Assembly: GCF_006345805.1 (NCBI RefSeq)
Contig: NC_043006.1
Span: 76,694,001-76,758,000, forward strand
DNA length: 64,000 bases
Direction of reading: 5' to 3'
Source: Octopus sinensis
Taxonomy: Eukaryota
The notes beneath the pieces are model-generated. The model did no database searches. It was not told the DNA's origin and saw only the letters and a program-made list of their open reading frames with translations. Both the position numbers and the translations under genes were made by a program. Position 1 is the stretch's first letter. Every line of letters starts with the position of its first letter. Shown here piece after piece: positions 25,794 through 40,808 of the stretch.

Positions 25794-26326
25794 ATATACA
25801 TACATAAATGTAACCCCTCTACTTATTACTGCCATAACACTCTAAGATCCCCTGGTTCCATAGATCGAATAAATTTTACACCGATCTCTACTAATATTCG
25901 AAAAAAAAAAGTCGGGAACGAAAAGCAATAGAGAATGTCCTTCACCATTATTCAAATATCCGTTTTAGTGCTACCGACATGTTCCGTCATCATAAGTCAA
26001 CAAATAATGATGGAAAACTATTGAAGAAACTAAATAATACCATGAAGTTGAACTAGAATTTCACCGAAACGTTCTTTGCTTTCATATACATTATAAACAG
26101 AAAAAATGTTTCCATTATAAACTCGCGAGCGCTTTCTCAGCTATGTAACTGTAATAACCCTTACATCTGTCCTCTACGCCATGTGACGCCATCTGTCCTC
26201 TACGCCTAAGAGATTATTTTATCAGGTTGAAATTTGAGTAGACTAACATACTGGAGAGTTCTAATACATGGAAACATATCTTCTGAATCATGAACACTAA
26301 CAGCAGACTGTTCTCTTCCTGACTGC

Positions 26327-26439
<113 letters not shown>

Positions 26440-26474
26440 AAGAAGAAGAAGAAGAAGAAGAAGAAGAAGAAGAA

Positions 26475-27413
26475 GATGATGAAGAAACAACAAAAGCTAT
26501 AAAACAAATGAAATCCAAACTAAAAATAGAACAGCAACGAGCCATGATAAAACGATGGCAAGAAAAGCCCCTTCATGGTAAATACAGGACAAAACTAAAT
26601 GCAAAAGAAATAGACAAAGATAGATCCCAACAATGGTTGAGAAGCTCAGGACACAAAGGAGATAGAGGGATTTTTAATTGCAGCACAAGACCAAAGCCTT
26701 CCCACCAGAAATTACCAAATGTAATGAAAAGAAATATACCGAGTAACTGCAGAATATGTGGAGATGGACAAGAAACAATAAATCATATTATCTCTAGCTG
26801 CCCAGTCCTGGCTAAGAAGGAATATATTCACAGACATGACAGAGTTGGAACCTACATACATTGGAAGCTATGCCAACATTATGGAATAACAACAGAAAAA
26901 AGATGGTATAGGCACACACCAGAAAAGGTCACAGAAAACGAGAAAGCAACCATACTCTGGGATATGCCGATACACACAGATAGAGAAATTAAGGCCAACA
27001 GACCAGATATAGTTGTCAGAGATCATGAAGAAAAAAATGCTTTCTAATTGATGTATCAATACCGGCAGATGACAACGTGTCTCTAAAAGAAATGGAGAAA
27101 CTCTCAAAATACAAAGACCTGGAAATAGAGGTAACTAGAATGTGGAACCTGAAAACAGAAACAATTCCTATCATAGTAGGTGCATTAGGCATGATAAAAA
27201 AATATTCAGACAAATACATAACAAAAACACCAGGACTTACAAACACATATAACATACAGAAAATTGCACTACTAGGCACTGCACACATCCTACGCAGAAC
27301 ACTTTCCATACAGTAACCATCAGAGCATCACAACAAATCACAGCACATACCCAAGGCACACAGAGCTGCGCGCGGTAGTGAAGTGAAAGCACGCTATAAA
27401 AATAAAACTACTG
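26475..27413 (+). mobile_element. 5'-truncated R4/Dong-type non-LTR retrotransposon (CCHC plus REL endonuclease), flanked by (TAA)n(GAA)n and (AAT)n
   Basis: WQEKPLHGKY, CRICGDGQETINHIISSC, RHDRV, ANRPDIV, EMEKLSKYKDL, IPIIVGALG, IQKIALLGTAHILRRTL; several frameshifts; (TAA)n 26328-26410 and (AAT)n 27414-27524. Confidence 0.9.
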
Positions 27414-27438
27414 AATAATAATAATAATAATAATGATG

Positions 27439-27503
<65 letters not shown>

Positions 27504-27720
27504 TAATAATAATAATAATAATAAACATACTCGAGAACTTTAAATATTTACTTCCTTGAAATTATAGCATTTTTATTTGAGATTCAATGACAATACCTGC
27601 AAAGGTATTATCCTTGAAATAGATCACGAATTCATCGCATATGGAATTCAGTAAATTAAAGATTTATCGGATACGTCATCGGGTACTTCATTCTTTTAGC
27701 TATTTCCTGCTACCCTTATA

Positions 27721-27945
27721 TTTCTTTTATTTCTTTTACTTGTTTCAGTCATTCAGTCATGGGGCACCGCCTTAAAGTGTTTTAGGCGACCAAATCGCCC
27801 CCAGGACTTATTTTTTAAAAAGTGTACGTACTTTAGCAGTCTCTTTTTTGTTTTGCTGAACTTCTAAGTTACGGAGACTTGGACACTATAATACCAATTG
27901 TCAAACGGTGTGGTGAGAAGTGCAGACACAAAGACACACACACAG
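27721..27945 (-). mobile_element. Old SINE family A right arm
   Basis: TTTTACTTGTTTCAGTC...GCACCGCC...GGACTTATT, diverged match. Confidence 0.7.
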
Positions 27946-28127
27946 GTATATATATAGATATAAAATTGAATAAGGGTAGAAATTGATATTAATCAATTAA
28001 AGAAATCCGAAGATTAAAATATTTTTTAAATATAAAATAATTTTGTATGTAAAAATATTATATATATCTATATCTATATATATATATATATATGTATACA
28101 TATACATACACACACATGTATATATAA

Positions 28128-28168
<41 letters not shown>

Positions 28169-28665
28169 TCATAAAGAGGAAAATGCCCACAGTTTACATA
28201 GATTTAATATATTTTTTAATATCTTTTATAAGTGAAAAGTATTGTGTTTGTATAACGGTTTCGCTTTCGCTAATCATGACATTGAAATGATTGTCATTTG
28301 GCATCTATTTGAGAAGATTTTCCCCATGTTGTGAGAGAAAGTTGTGAATTTGTGAATGAATCAATAAATAGAGAAAGCTAATGTCGCGTGGTAACTGGTG
28401 ATCGTTATTATTCGGGACAGGGGAGCTAATTGCTCATTTATTGGGGAGTGGGGAAATAAATAAATATACAAATCCTCAAAAGGTAAAGTAGTGAGATGAA
28501 ATATGTACAGTGATGGGTATCTGATCATGAATTAAAAAATATGTATTGAGATCCAAGTTGGTTATCCGTTCATATTTAGGCATGTTCTGTATTTTTCGAT
28601 AACTTCTATTCATTTAAACGTTCTTGTACAGAAATTGTTTCTTTGCGTGGTATACATATATATAT

Positions 28666-28728
<63 letters not shown>

Positions 28729-28733
28729 TATAT

Positions 28734-29022
28734 GGAGGCGCAATGGCCTAGTGGTTACGATCGCAGGATCGCGGTTTCGATTCCCAGACCGGGCGTTGTG
28801 AGTGTTTATTGAGCGAAAACACCTAAAAGCTCCACGAAGCTCCTGCAGGGAGTGGTGATCCCTGCTGTACTCTTTCATCACTCTTTCTCTCACTCTTTCT
28901 TCTGTTGGCCTGCTCGCTTAGCCGGCGGGGTGGCGTCATTCGAAGGCTAAAACAATGCGAACGCATTGTGACCAGCGATGTGTAACAACATCTGATGGTC
29001 TGGTCGGTCACGTGATCACGTG

Positions 29023-29023
<1 letters not shown>
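28734..29023 (+). mobile_element. SINE family B with an alternative 3' tail (type 2)
   Basis: Same head and core as 10740, then a different tail ending TCACGTGATCACGTGA. Confidence 0.85.
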
Positions 29024-29057
<34 letters not shown>

Positions 29058-29096
29058 CATATATATGTATATATATATGTATATATATATATACAT

Positions 29097-29127
<31 letters not shown>

Positions 29128-29814
29128 GCATGTATGTATGTGTGTATATATATATGGATGGATGGATGGATGAATATGTAATGCAAAACCTCCAGGTTAA
29201 GCGTATTCTTTAGGATCTTCGCCCTCTCAGCCAGACAACGTCTGCATCGTGTGCTCCCGCTCCCATCTTGCCCGTAAAGAATGTCGCTTAGTAGGATTTC
29301 CTTTTAGTTTTTCTTCTTTTTACAAATATGACTGACGAAATTTTTACGTTTACATCTATTAGTCGATAGCTCAAGTGCTTGTAGCCTGCAGGTCTGCCTG
29401 GCCGCCTGTATCATTAAGAGCATAAATAATTGCGACATTGTCTACCCCAGGTCCTGTCTTGCCCACAATGAATGTCACTAAATAGAATTTTGTTTTAAAC
29501 AACCTTGACTGACCAAGACTATATTCCCACCTACAGTAGTAGAGAGGTTATGCAGCTCTGACCAGCAAGTCTGGTGAGTAGCCTATGTTGCTAAGAGCAT
29601 AAGTACGTGCAAAACTAAACGTACATCTCTCACCGGGTATCACCAACGGCTGCATTAATTTTAGAGAATGTTTCTTTTTTTCCGGACTTATGAAAAGCTG
29701 ACCACTACATATTTCTGTGTTTAAGAGTGAAAGAGCGAAAGAGACAAAAAGAGAAAGAGACAGAAAGAGAGAGAGAAAGTGAAAGTGGGAGAATGTGTGT
29801 GCGTGTTAAGCGCG

Positions 29815-30095
29815 CGCGGATTTGTGTCAATGTTTTTCCGCCACCACCGATTGACAACCGGTGTTGAATTCTCACCGTATCTTCTCGGCTCGGCATGGGA
29901 GAACGCTAGAATTAGCCCCTTGTGGGTAGTAAAGAGATAGGTATTTTGTCTGTCTTTACTTGCAGAGTTCAAATTTCCCCGAGGTCGACTTTGCCTTTCG
30001 TCCTTTCGGGGTCGATAAATTAAGTACCAGTTGCGTACTGAAGTCGATCTAATCGACTGGACCCCTCCCCCAAAATTTGGGGCCTAGAGTAGAAA
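29815..30095 (+). mobile_element. SINE A right-arm fragment joined to a truncated SINE C dimer
   Basis: ...TTGACAACCGG...GAACGCTAGAAT then TAGCCCCTTGTGGGTAGTAAAGAGATAG/GTATTTTGTCTG...GAGTTCAAATT. Confidence 0.75.
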
Positions 30096-30269
30096 AGACT
30101 GCTTAATTCATTAAATTTATTAGCACATTATATTTGTTAGACACATTTTTGATATTTTCAATGTCATTAATCATAATACTTTTAGCGTAAATTTTAACAC
30201 TTGATTTTTAAAAATGAGTATTGTACGTGTTTTCTTTTGTCGTAACTGTATACCTACATTTGCACCGCC

Positions 30270-30300
<31 letters not shown>

Positions 30301-30487
30301 CATGTCTATGAACATTTATATGTGTGTACATATATATGAACGTATATGAGTACATATATAAAAACGAACACACACACACATACATATACACTCCTACTCG
30401 TACATGTCTGTGAGTGACTGCGCAGTATCTGATAACTATTGGGCATGATTAAGTATATCTGTGAATGTATACACAAACACACACACA

Positions 30488-30578
<91 letters not shown>

Positions 30579-31109
30579 GATACCCAGGGTATTCGTGATA
30601 ACATATTTAGCTCTATCAAGCCATAAAAGAGAAACACTCTACCATAATGCTACCCAGCACGCAGTATCTTCATTTGTTCTTCAGATATACTGCCGGTATT
30701 AATATGGCGGATTGAAATCTATCACAGGATATGGAAAGTCACTCCATGCCCCTGGCAATAGCCGCAGTCCACAGAAACTTGGAGATCCATAGCTTTCTGA
30801 ACAATTTCTCAAGTTCACAAAATGCCTGAAGATTTCCATCAAGGTAATGACATCAAAGGCCTAGATAAAATGCAGCCAGACGTGACTGACAATATGGAGT
30901 TTATTCAGGATAGCCCCACAGATAATTCCCTCAGGAGCCAATATTCCATTCTAGCATTTTTGTGGATGCAGAGAGAAATTCAATAACAGTAAACTTCTTT
31001 AGTTAAAGAATTTTGTTTCTTCTTAAACGAGTACATTTTTTTCCTATGAGAGCTAGTTGTAAATGTATGTGCGCATGCTCTGTCACATAGCTTAGAATGA
31101 ACATTGCCA

Positions 31110-31490
31110 GAAAACCGATGAGACAATTGGCGAGAAAACCAAAGTGTTGGAGTCCACAACCAAGTAAGTGATGTACGAGGACATTAGATACAATTCCTTT
31201 GGTTAGATCATGGGTTTTGTTGGACAAGACACGTGTGAACCATTTAATCTGGTCGAATCGTTGACTGAACAAAACCCTGTACCCCTAGATATCCAACATA
31301 CTTTTGTTTCTTTTGGTGCGGAGAAATTTGCAGAGAACCACAATGGAAATAGGAGGAATTCCAGGTGGTCACAAAATACGTAAACAATGTGATGCACACA
31401 AAGAACCCTTCGTTTTGGATGGTGCTAGGAATCATAAGCAACGACGGTCATGTCATGACACCTTGCTTTCCATTTAATCTCACAACCAGG
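31110..31490 (+). pseudogene. Decayed Tc1/mariner maT (DD37D)-like transposase fragment
   Basis: KPMRQLAR..VLEST...YEDIRY, GNRRNSRW, TKNPSFWMVLGIISNDGHVMTP, resembling maT motifs; frameshifted. Confidence 0.7.
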
Positions 31491-32718
31491 ACCACTAATT
31501 CGCTTATTAAACATGATCGTAAAGCTGTACAATAGATTTTCCACAAAGTATATGATACACGTTCCAGCTGGTTTCTGCTCTCTCACGCATGTTGCCATCT
31601 TAGAGGAGTTTGCTGAGTATCTTTCGAATCATGACACACTTCATGATATGATATTTTAACATTTCAAACCAAGCGCAACTATGTTTGGGTATCTTCGAGA
31701 GGAAAAACAACTGATGGCTCTACTATAACAAAAAGTAGTTGAAAGCTTATATTCTCGATGTAATGAATAGAATTAACGATAACTAACTGATCGGAGAATA
31801 AAAGTCCCTTCTGTGACTGTATGGTTGTTACAAATGAGATTGAGAACGATTCTATTGAATAATCTGTTTCTTTGATATATCCTGGTGAACAGACACATAT
31901 CTCTGGAAATATGTTTCTTTTTTTCATGATTAATAATATGTAGAAAGAGATCGATAGAGCTGATGAAAACATTTTTTGTACATGGTGTATTTTGATTATC
32001 TTTGTTCAGTTCTTGGAGCGTATTGTATTTCTTCGCAAACATTATGTAAAATTCTACATTTAAAGAGCAAACTTATAATAGTCTTCACTAGGAAACTCAA
32101 ATTCAATTCTTAAAGATCCCGGCCTTCGTCGTTAATGTATATTTTATAGTCGACAAGTTTCGTTTTCCGTGTTGTAACATTATTTCACAGATATTAATCA
32201 TAACATTCTGTGTGGTACGGTATTTTTATAGTGTTCAATAATCTTGTTAGGCAAGTGACGTACAGTGTTATCTACTAGACAGCATATAACATATCCGCTG
32301 TCTAATAAATGCTGACATATATGATGGATCCAGCTTGAAGTAATTCCATTTCATTCACTCCACTTAAGTGCAATTTTCATCAGTAATCAATAGCTTGTAA
32401 AGGCTGGTTTTCTGCTGATATTCTACATGAAAGCGAAGCGCATGAATTTATGTACAATCGCTCGGCTTCCTAGGAATACCTTTCAAAGCTTCCTTAAATT
32501 GTTCCTCAATATCCTCGAAACTTTAGTTACATGACTTCCTACGCGGTAAGAGGAGCGTAATTTATGTCCGGCAAAATCCAAACAAACTAAGAGATCCAGA
32601 CATAGCACTTTGTGAATAAAGACAAGCCACCCGATAAACCTGTTATATTCTTCTTCTCCAAAACAAAGTTTCGAAAATGACTGGAGGGTTATAAGAAAAG
32701 GAAAATCCTAGATATATA

Positions 32719-33128
32719 GGCGTAGGAGTGGCTGTGTGGTAAGTAGTTTGCTTACCAACCTCATGGTTCCGGGTTCAGTCCCACTGCGTGGCACCTTGCG
32801 CAAGTGTCTTCTACTATAGCCTCGGATCGACCAAAGCCTTGTGAGTGGATTTGGTAGACGGAAACTAAAAGAAGCCCGTCGTATATATGTATGTATATGT
32901 ACGTGTATGTATGTGCTTGTGTGTCTGTGTTTGTCCCCACCCCACCCCACCAATATCACTTGACAACCGATTCTGGTGTGTTTACGTCCCTGTAACTTAG
33001 CGGTTCGGCAAAAGAGACTGATAGAATAAGTACTAAGCTTACAAAGAATAAGTCCTGGGGTCGATTTACTCGACTAAGAGCGGTGCTCCAGCATGGCCAT
33101 AGTCAAATGACTGAAACAAATAATAGAG
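32719..33128 (+). mobile_element. SINE family A
   Basis: Both arms present; short central microsatellite. Confidence 0.9.
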
Positions 33129-33552
33129 TAGAAGCGATATATGTAAAGACAGAATGATTACGATTTGAACGTAACTAACAACAACAATAACAGACACTTA
33201 GAGTGAACTCGATTTCAATGAAGTCACCTTGTTGTCTTCAACTCCATTTATAATCTATTTTGCACGAATGGAAGAAAAAAACAACACACTTTTTAACGGT
33301 TCCAACGTGTCATGTACCTGTCATATTTTTCAATAAATATTTGACTTCTACAGTAAACACTTGGTTTTCTCCACTCACCCGCACCAAAACTTACCATTTC
33401 TTTGTCACCACAAGTATATATTTATCAATTGTCTTCTGAAATCAAATTGGATTTCCAAACTGTGTGCCAGCCACTTGATTGCTTCAGCTCTCGTGTCATA
33501 CTATGTATTTTTTTTTTTTAGAAATTCTGTTCAGCGGTGCGCAAATGTTAAC

Positions 33553-33613
<61 letters not shown>

Positions 33614-33928
33614 AAGATGCAGTTCTGTGAGTTGCACTTAGATGAATCAGACACTGGAGCTTTACACTACGTAAACTAATAATGTTCCATCATGCGCGCT
33701 GCTGGTAGTGAACGCTAGTTCAAAAGCCAAAACTATTAAATACAATATAAAGGAGTGGGCGGCTATGAAATAAGAAGACTGCAACCCGATAAAGATCTCC
33801 TGCACTGTGTTAACTATCACCCAAAGATGTAACAGAAAATTATATATATTTGTGTGTGTGTGTGTGTGTATGCATATATATGTATGTGTATGTATGTATG
33901 TATATATATATATATATGTATGTATATG

Positions 33929-33996
<68 letters not shown>

Positions 33997-35219
33997 ATTT
34001 ATATATATATGTATATATACATATATACTCATCTCTATATATACGTATATATATCTAAATACAAACACGCGTGTGTGCGCGCGCACACACACACACATAT
34101 ATAGTGTGTATATATTTTTTATGTACATACTCATATGTATATAAAATATAGGCACATACATGCTTATATATAGATGTATAAGAGCAACTATATATATATG
34201 TATGTATATACTTATGTATATGTATGTACACATATATATATACATGCTTATGTATATGTATGTACATATATATATATATGTATATATATGTATATGTATG
34301 TATACATATACATAAATATGTATGTATATACGCATATATATGCCTATGTATATGTATGTACATATATACATTCATGCACACACACATACATATATAAATA
34401 ATACACCCACACACACACATACACACACACATATAAATATAGAGATGTGTATGTATGTATGCATAATGTTTTCGCTTTTTTATATTCAATCTGCAATTAT
34501 TAAATTACGAGGGTGTTGTGAAATATTTAATAAGATTTGAGCAAAATAAAACTTATTTCAAATAAAGTTTTCCGGTTTCGGGAATATGAGAGCAAATGCT
34601 AAAACATACGCAAAAAAAAAGAACACAAACTAAAAACATTTAACCATCGCCTATTCCAATATATTTCTACACAACGGAGAACGAATGCACCTAATGAACG
34701 TTGCGTAAGATGATTTCTTATTTAATTATGCAGCAGTAGAAATATTTTTGCCATAATACATATTTCTAATATATTTAAGTAATTTATATTTACACACCTA
34801 CACCCACACACACTCATATATATTAGTTCAACAGCGACAATAGCGATTTGTATATAATATGCAGGAGTTTAATATTTAAACTGTTGGTATTATAGGAAGG
34901 TTCGTTCGACCCCGATGTAATATTAGTTAGATTTATTGCTAACTGTTGGATGCAAAGAAGCTGGAATTTCAACACAAATGTATATAAAAAAAACCTACGT
35001 TCTCTTAACTGCTTTCCATTATTAATATGATCTGGCAATCATCAATCGTGTAAAAAGTGATTCCATATCATGTGTCATTTTTATGTTGAATGTATTACAC
35101 CTACGTCATATCGAGGTGTAAGTGTCTATGTGTAATCTATATATCTCATGCTATATTATATATGCGCATTTATAACATCTATACATGCATATATCTATAT
35201 GCATATATATATTATATAT

Positions 35220-35281
<62 letters not shown>

Positions 35282-35293
35282 GAGAAATAAAAA

Positions 35294-35885
<592 letters not shown>

Positions 35886-36459
35886 TAGATATGCACATAC
35901 TTATATCCATACACACACTCACGAACAAATTAAAAACATGCATATAGATGGATAGATACATAATAATAAGAATGGATTTTCACGATTAAGCACAATATGT
36001 TCTGAACATAAAAGATCCATTGACATTAAATGTGTCACATCATAATTTATAGATAATATGCCTCCTAATCAAGTACATAACAGTCTCTTATCGAAATTAG
36101 TTGTGTCATATAAACTTGTTATAATCAAATAATCTTGATCTGCATGAGTCGCAACAAGTGATCTAATATAATAAATGCGAAAACTAATTTCTGAGTGACA
36201 GTGTGTCACACTTCGATACCCTCCCTCACTATTCATTGACTCTTCTAGTATTGCTCATATTGGGGTGAGAGTAATAATACAATGAGGGCGGTGGATTTGA
36301 AAGACATAGAGAGAGAGAAAAAAGAGAAAGAGACGGAGAGAAAGAGAGACAAAGAAATTTAGGGAGAGTTGACGATGTTTTTTATCAAAAGTAGTAGTGT
36401 TGATGATGGCAGTGGGAGTACAAATAAGAGAGAGAGAGAGCGGATATGTGAGAGAAAGA

Positions 36460-36519
36460 GTATGTTAGTTCAGTATGTTGGCTCGCTGAACAGTGAGCTA
36501 ACATACTGAACTAATATAC
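36460..36519 (+). other. 60-nt hairpin (25-bp arms, 10-nt spacer)
   Basis: GTATGTTAGTTCAGTATGTTGGCTC / GAGCTAACATACTGAACTAATATAC; the only two non-Watson-Crick positions are G-U pairs. Confidence 0.8.
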
Positions 36520-36574
36520 TGAACACAATTTTTTTTACACACACACATTTAGCCTTATTGCGATGGTAATGGAA

Positions 36575-36779
36575 GGAGCTGGCAGAAACGTTAGCACACC
36601 GGGCGAAATTCTGAGCAGTATTTCGTCTGCCGCTACGTTCTGAATTCAAATTCCGCGTAGGTCGACTTTGCCTTTCATCCTTTCGGGGTCGATTTAATAA
36701 GTACCAGTTACGATATAATCGATTTAATACGTTTGTCCCCTCTGTGTTTAGCCCTTTGTGGATAGTAAAGAAATAGGTA
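36575..36779 (+). mobile_element. SINE family C monomer
   Basis: GGAGCTGGCAGAAACGTTAGCAC...GAATTCAAATTCC...AAAGAAATAGGTA. Confidence 0.85.
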
Positions 36780-37249
36780 ATGGAGTGAGAGTAATAGTAT
36801 GAGCTGAATTTGTGATAAAGGTGGAAACGGCGGTGATGATGGTGGTGGCGGCGGCGGTGGTAGCTGAGGCGGTCACGGATGACGGTGTAAGTGATGTAAA
36901 AGACAGTGAGAATAGTGGTGTCAGGAAGGCAGCGAAGTCAAAGGTACTCATGGTGGTAGCGTCAATAGTTTGAATGATTAGTGTATAGCAATGGTAGCGA
37001 TGGTGGTGGTACTGCTGTTTATGATGCAGCTTTGCAATTAGTTCCAAGGCGAGAAATTATATCGTTGTTTTGATGAAAATTACTAATTGCTTTTACAAAT
37101 ATTGTTCAAGTTTAATAAAATTCAATATGTACTCAATATATGAAGTGTCATTGTTGGGCATAATGCCTAATAAAGAGCCCTTTACAGATGTTCGCTTAAA
37201 GCCGCCCTATCAAGCAGCTTTTAAGCTAGTATACACATACACACGCACA

Positions 37250-37725
37250 CATATATACTCGGCAAACGTTCTCATTTCACTCCTTAGTCCTCTGCCACCG
37301 TTCTTTCTTTCCATATACAGTCTGTTTAGTTTTTCTTCGGGGTGCAGCGCCCCATGCAGCGTCATTAACTTTCTCATCCTTCTATCCAGTGTTGATATTT
37401 CCTACTTAGTCCATTTGAGGATGGACGCACTATATCTGACCACCACAACTGTCCAGATATTCATTGCCGCAATAACATTTTTGTAACATATAGGTTGGAT
37501 TTCAACACAACCACAAAACCACATTGGTAATTATTACCACAATCGTTCTACCTATAGCATTTAAAATTATCAATAATAATATGGGTCCCGCTGTATTGCA
37601 GCAGATCTTCGTCAATATTTATCAAATATTCTGCAAGCGTTTTCCTTTCACTCCTTATACAATGGTCACAGTCCTCTTCCACCATTCTTTCGCTTTTATA
37701 TACAGTCTGTTTACATTTGTAGTTA
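37250..37725 (-). pseudogene. Two R4/Dong-type RT C-terminal fragments
   Basis: IAAMNIW..VRYSASILKWTK.EI..LDRRMRKLMTLHGALHP, RLYMERKNGGRGL, and VEEDCDHCIRSERKTLAEYL..IDEDLL; abuts (TAT)n. Confidence 0.75.
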
Positions 37726-37756
37726 ACACCTATTATAATTATTATTATTATTATTA

Positions 37757-37797
<41 letters not shown>

Positions 37798-37829
37798 GTT
37801 ATTATTATTAATATTATTATTATTATTAT

Positions 37830-37925
37830 ATGATTGACTTTTGCTTTGTATTTGTGAAAGTTGTTTCCAAGTCTCACCTAGAGAACTCAAGAGACAACAA
37901 GTTAGGAGTTCATGTTGGTATGATG
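37830..37925 (-). mobile_element. 3' UTR tip of a second R4/Dong-type family
   Basis: Reverse complement matches 38150-38228 and runs into (TAA)n. Confidence 0.65.
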
Positions 37926-37984
37926 CCAAGGGTGTCATGTAATAATAATAATAATAATAATGATAAAAATAATAATAACAAAAT

Positions 37985-38227
37985 GGCAGAAATTCAAAGA
38001 TAGTGCTAATGGGAACTGCCCATCCCCTTCGCAAAATACTTTCTATGTAATCTCAAGTTTTAAAACAAACACATAATTTTCTTATGGTTTCCTAAACATT
38101 GTCTAGAACAACACTATGTACAAAACAAAATATATGGCTCAATAAACATAACACCAACATGAACTTCCAACTTGTCTCTTGAGGTCTCTGGGTGAGACTT
38201 CGAGCTAACTTGTACAAATGTAAAGCA

Positions 38228-38228
<1 letters not shown>
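37985..38228 (+). mobile_element. 3' end of an R4/Dong-type element between (TAA)n runs
   Basis: IQKIVLMGTAHPLRKILSM* (REL C-terminus, compare 27250-27316), 3' UTR, then (TAA)n. Confidence 0.8.
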
Positions 38229-38261
<33 letters not shown>

Positions 38262-38805
38262 GAAGAAGGAGGAGGGGGAGGAGGAGGAGGAGGAGGAAGA
38301 AGAAGAGGAGGAGAAAACACAGATGGTCACCAACTCCCTTTTAATTACCAGAGTTTCAAACGCAATTTCAGCCATTATCGATAATATTGCTTCCACTCTG
38401 GAAGCACCGGCAAGAAACATGCATATACATATATGTATGTGTGTATGTGTGTCTTAAGGAGAATGCAGAAATAGATTCTTCTTAAGGTTCAGCACACTGA
38501 AGCACTTGTGATATGTTAGTATTAATGATAATTATTCTACCTATTTTGTGCATATTTGCATAATTCCTTTTCTGCATATCGAATTATAACTTTGTAAATC
38601 TTCACTTTAAGAATGTTTAGTGATTTTTAGAAATACTTCTGCAGTAGAGTAGAAATGACACGAATGAAAGTTATTAAATAATAATATTCTGGGGAAACAG
38701 TATAAAAAGTATGAAAGGCGGTAACTATGTATGAAAATACGTGTGCGTGAATCTATGTGTGTGTGCCTGTGTGTGTGAGTGTATATGTCAACGACTATCT
38801 GTCAG

Positions 38806-38878
<73 letters not shown>

Positions 38879-38882
38879 ATAT

Positions 38883-38926
<44 letters not shown>

Positions 38927-39059
38927 CATATACATATATGCATATACATATATGCATATATATATATATTATATATATATATATACATACATATATATAT
39001 ATACATACATATATATACAAACTTACATACACACATACATACTTATGTACATACATATG

Positions 39060-39110
<51 letters not shown>

Positions 39111-39409
39111 GTTTGTCTTACGTATGAATGTACGTACATGTATATATGTATATATGAATGTATGCAAACACTATCACCTCGAGACCTCACTGTCTTTTCC
39201 ATTGAAAAGCTTTATAGAAATGTCTTGATTTGTTTTCCTTCCGTGGTATTTTTTTTTCGTCTGCCAATACATTCCTTTTCAGTTGTTATTCTTGTCGGAA
39301 AATGAATGGAATTTAAAACAGTAACAAATACCGTTCTGTGCGAATAACTTGTGTCAATGCTTTGAATAGATTATTTTTCTGCGTTTTTTCGAGTAAGGTT
39401 GACTGATCG

Positions 39410-39800
39410 AGTCATTGTCATCATCGTCGTCGTCGTTGTCGTCATCATCATCATCATCATCAGTCTCGTTGTCATCTTCAACTTCACCGTCATTATAATG
39501 ATTATTGTCATCTCTACCATCATCGACGTTGTTGATACCACGACCACCACTATCACCCTAGATACCCACACAATCATCACCACCAGTATCCTTAACCTCA
39601 GCATGATCCTCATTGACGTTGACCACGTTGTTGTCATAGTGATCATCACCGTCATCATTGCCGTCGCTATCATCAGCATCATCAACATTATCATCGGCAT
39701 CATCAGCAGTAACATGGACAACAACAACAACAGTAGTATCAGAACTAGCTCCAGCATCACTGGCAGCCACAACAAGATCATCATCAGCAGCAGAGGTATT
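39410..39800. repeat. Cryptic trinucleotide mosaic (ATC/GTC/ACC/AGC)
   Basis: Direct reading. Confidence 0.85.
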
Positions 39801-40747
39801 TTCAACATCAATATTAAATACATTTGTCTTTTTCTTAAGATAATAAAATAAGGAGATTCTACCCGCTAAGGTGTATTAAATTAAGAAGATAAAAATAAAT
39901 CAAATTATATTGAAATCTTATTATTTCTCTACAATCATTTTAGTTTCAATAATTATTCTTGTAGTTTTTTTACATTCTATTTTCATTTGATTTAACTTCA
40001 TGGATCAAAGAGAAATGTGTTGTAATCGGTATTCTGTTCGTTTCATTTTCTTATATTTTTCTGGGATATTTTTTTTAACAAAGAGTGAATGAACTTAGTC
40101 ATTCTGTAGGCCTGAATTGAGAAATATCTTGTAATGATTCATATGTCGTTATGTCTTCAACAACTGCTTTGTCTTCATGCGATATTATCGAGCGTAAATG
40201 ATCCTGACAGAGCCTACACTTCTTTAGAATATTGATTACAGCAAAACATTTACAGAAATAAAGAACAATGCATCAAAAACTAAGTAAAAAAATTGAACAT
40301 GACAAAAATTCAGAAATTACCGAGATGAAGAACAACTAGCACAAGAATATGGAATGGATGAATTAGGAATAGACAATATTAGTCAACTGGAAATCGGCAT
40401 AGCAAGAGCTTATCGTTACAATAAAAAAGAAAATATTGCTTGATACATTCAGAAAATGCTTTAATCCTAGTCATCTATTTTTCATCATTGCTGTCGTATA
40501 GCGATTTTATTGAATATTCTCTTTGGTTATTTAAATGTGCTGTTTTTTGGTTTATTGAAACATCTGTTGATGATTTTGTGTTCATGTATTTTATTTAGAA
40601 AAAATCTGTGGCTGCTCTGAGTATTTTCCTTGGAAGTGACGATTATATTTATATAATCGTCACTCAATTCTCACTCAATCGAAAATCTAAACGCCACAAA
40701 ATGCTCGAGAATGATATTATATTGTCAAAGACTGTCAAAAGCAGCTA

Positions 40748-40808
<61 letters not shown>

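Noticed and set aside
29190-29300. Minus-strand DILYGQ resembling an RTE C-terminal motif
   Set aside because: Only a few residues match; no flanking motifs.
40315-40443. Short frame NYRDEEQLAQEYGMDELGIDNISQLEIGIARAYRYNKKENIA*
   Set aside because: Protein-like but unrecognised, with a poor acceptor; needs tBLASTn or RNA-seq.
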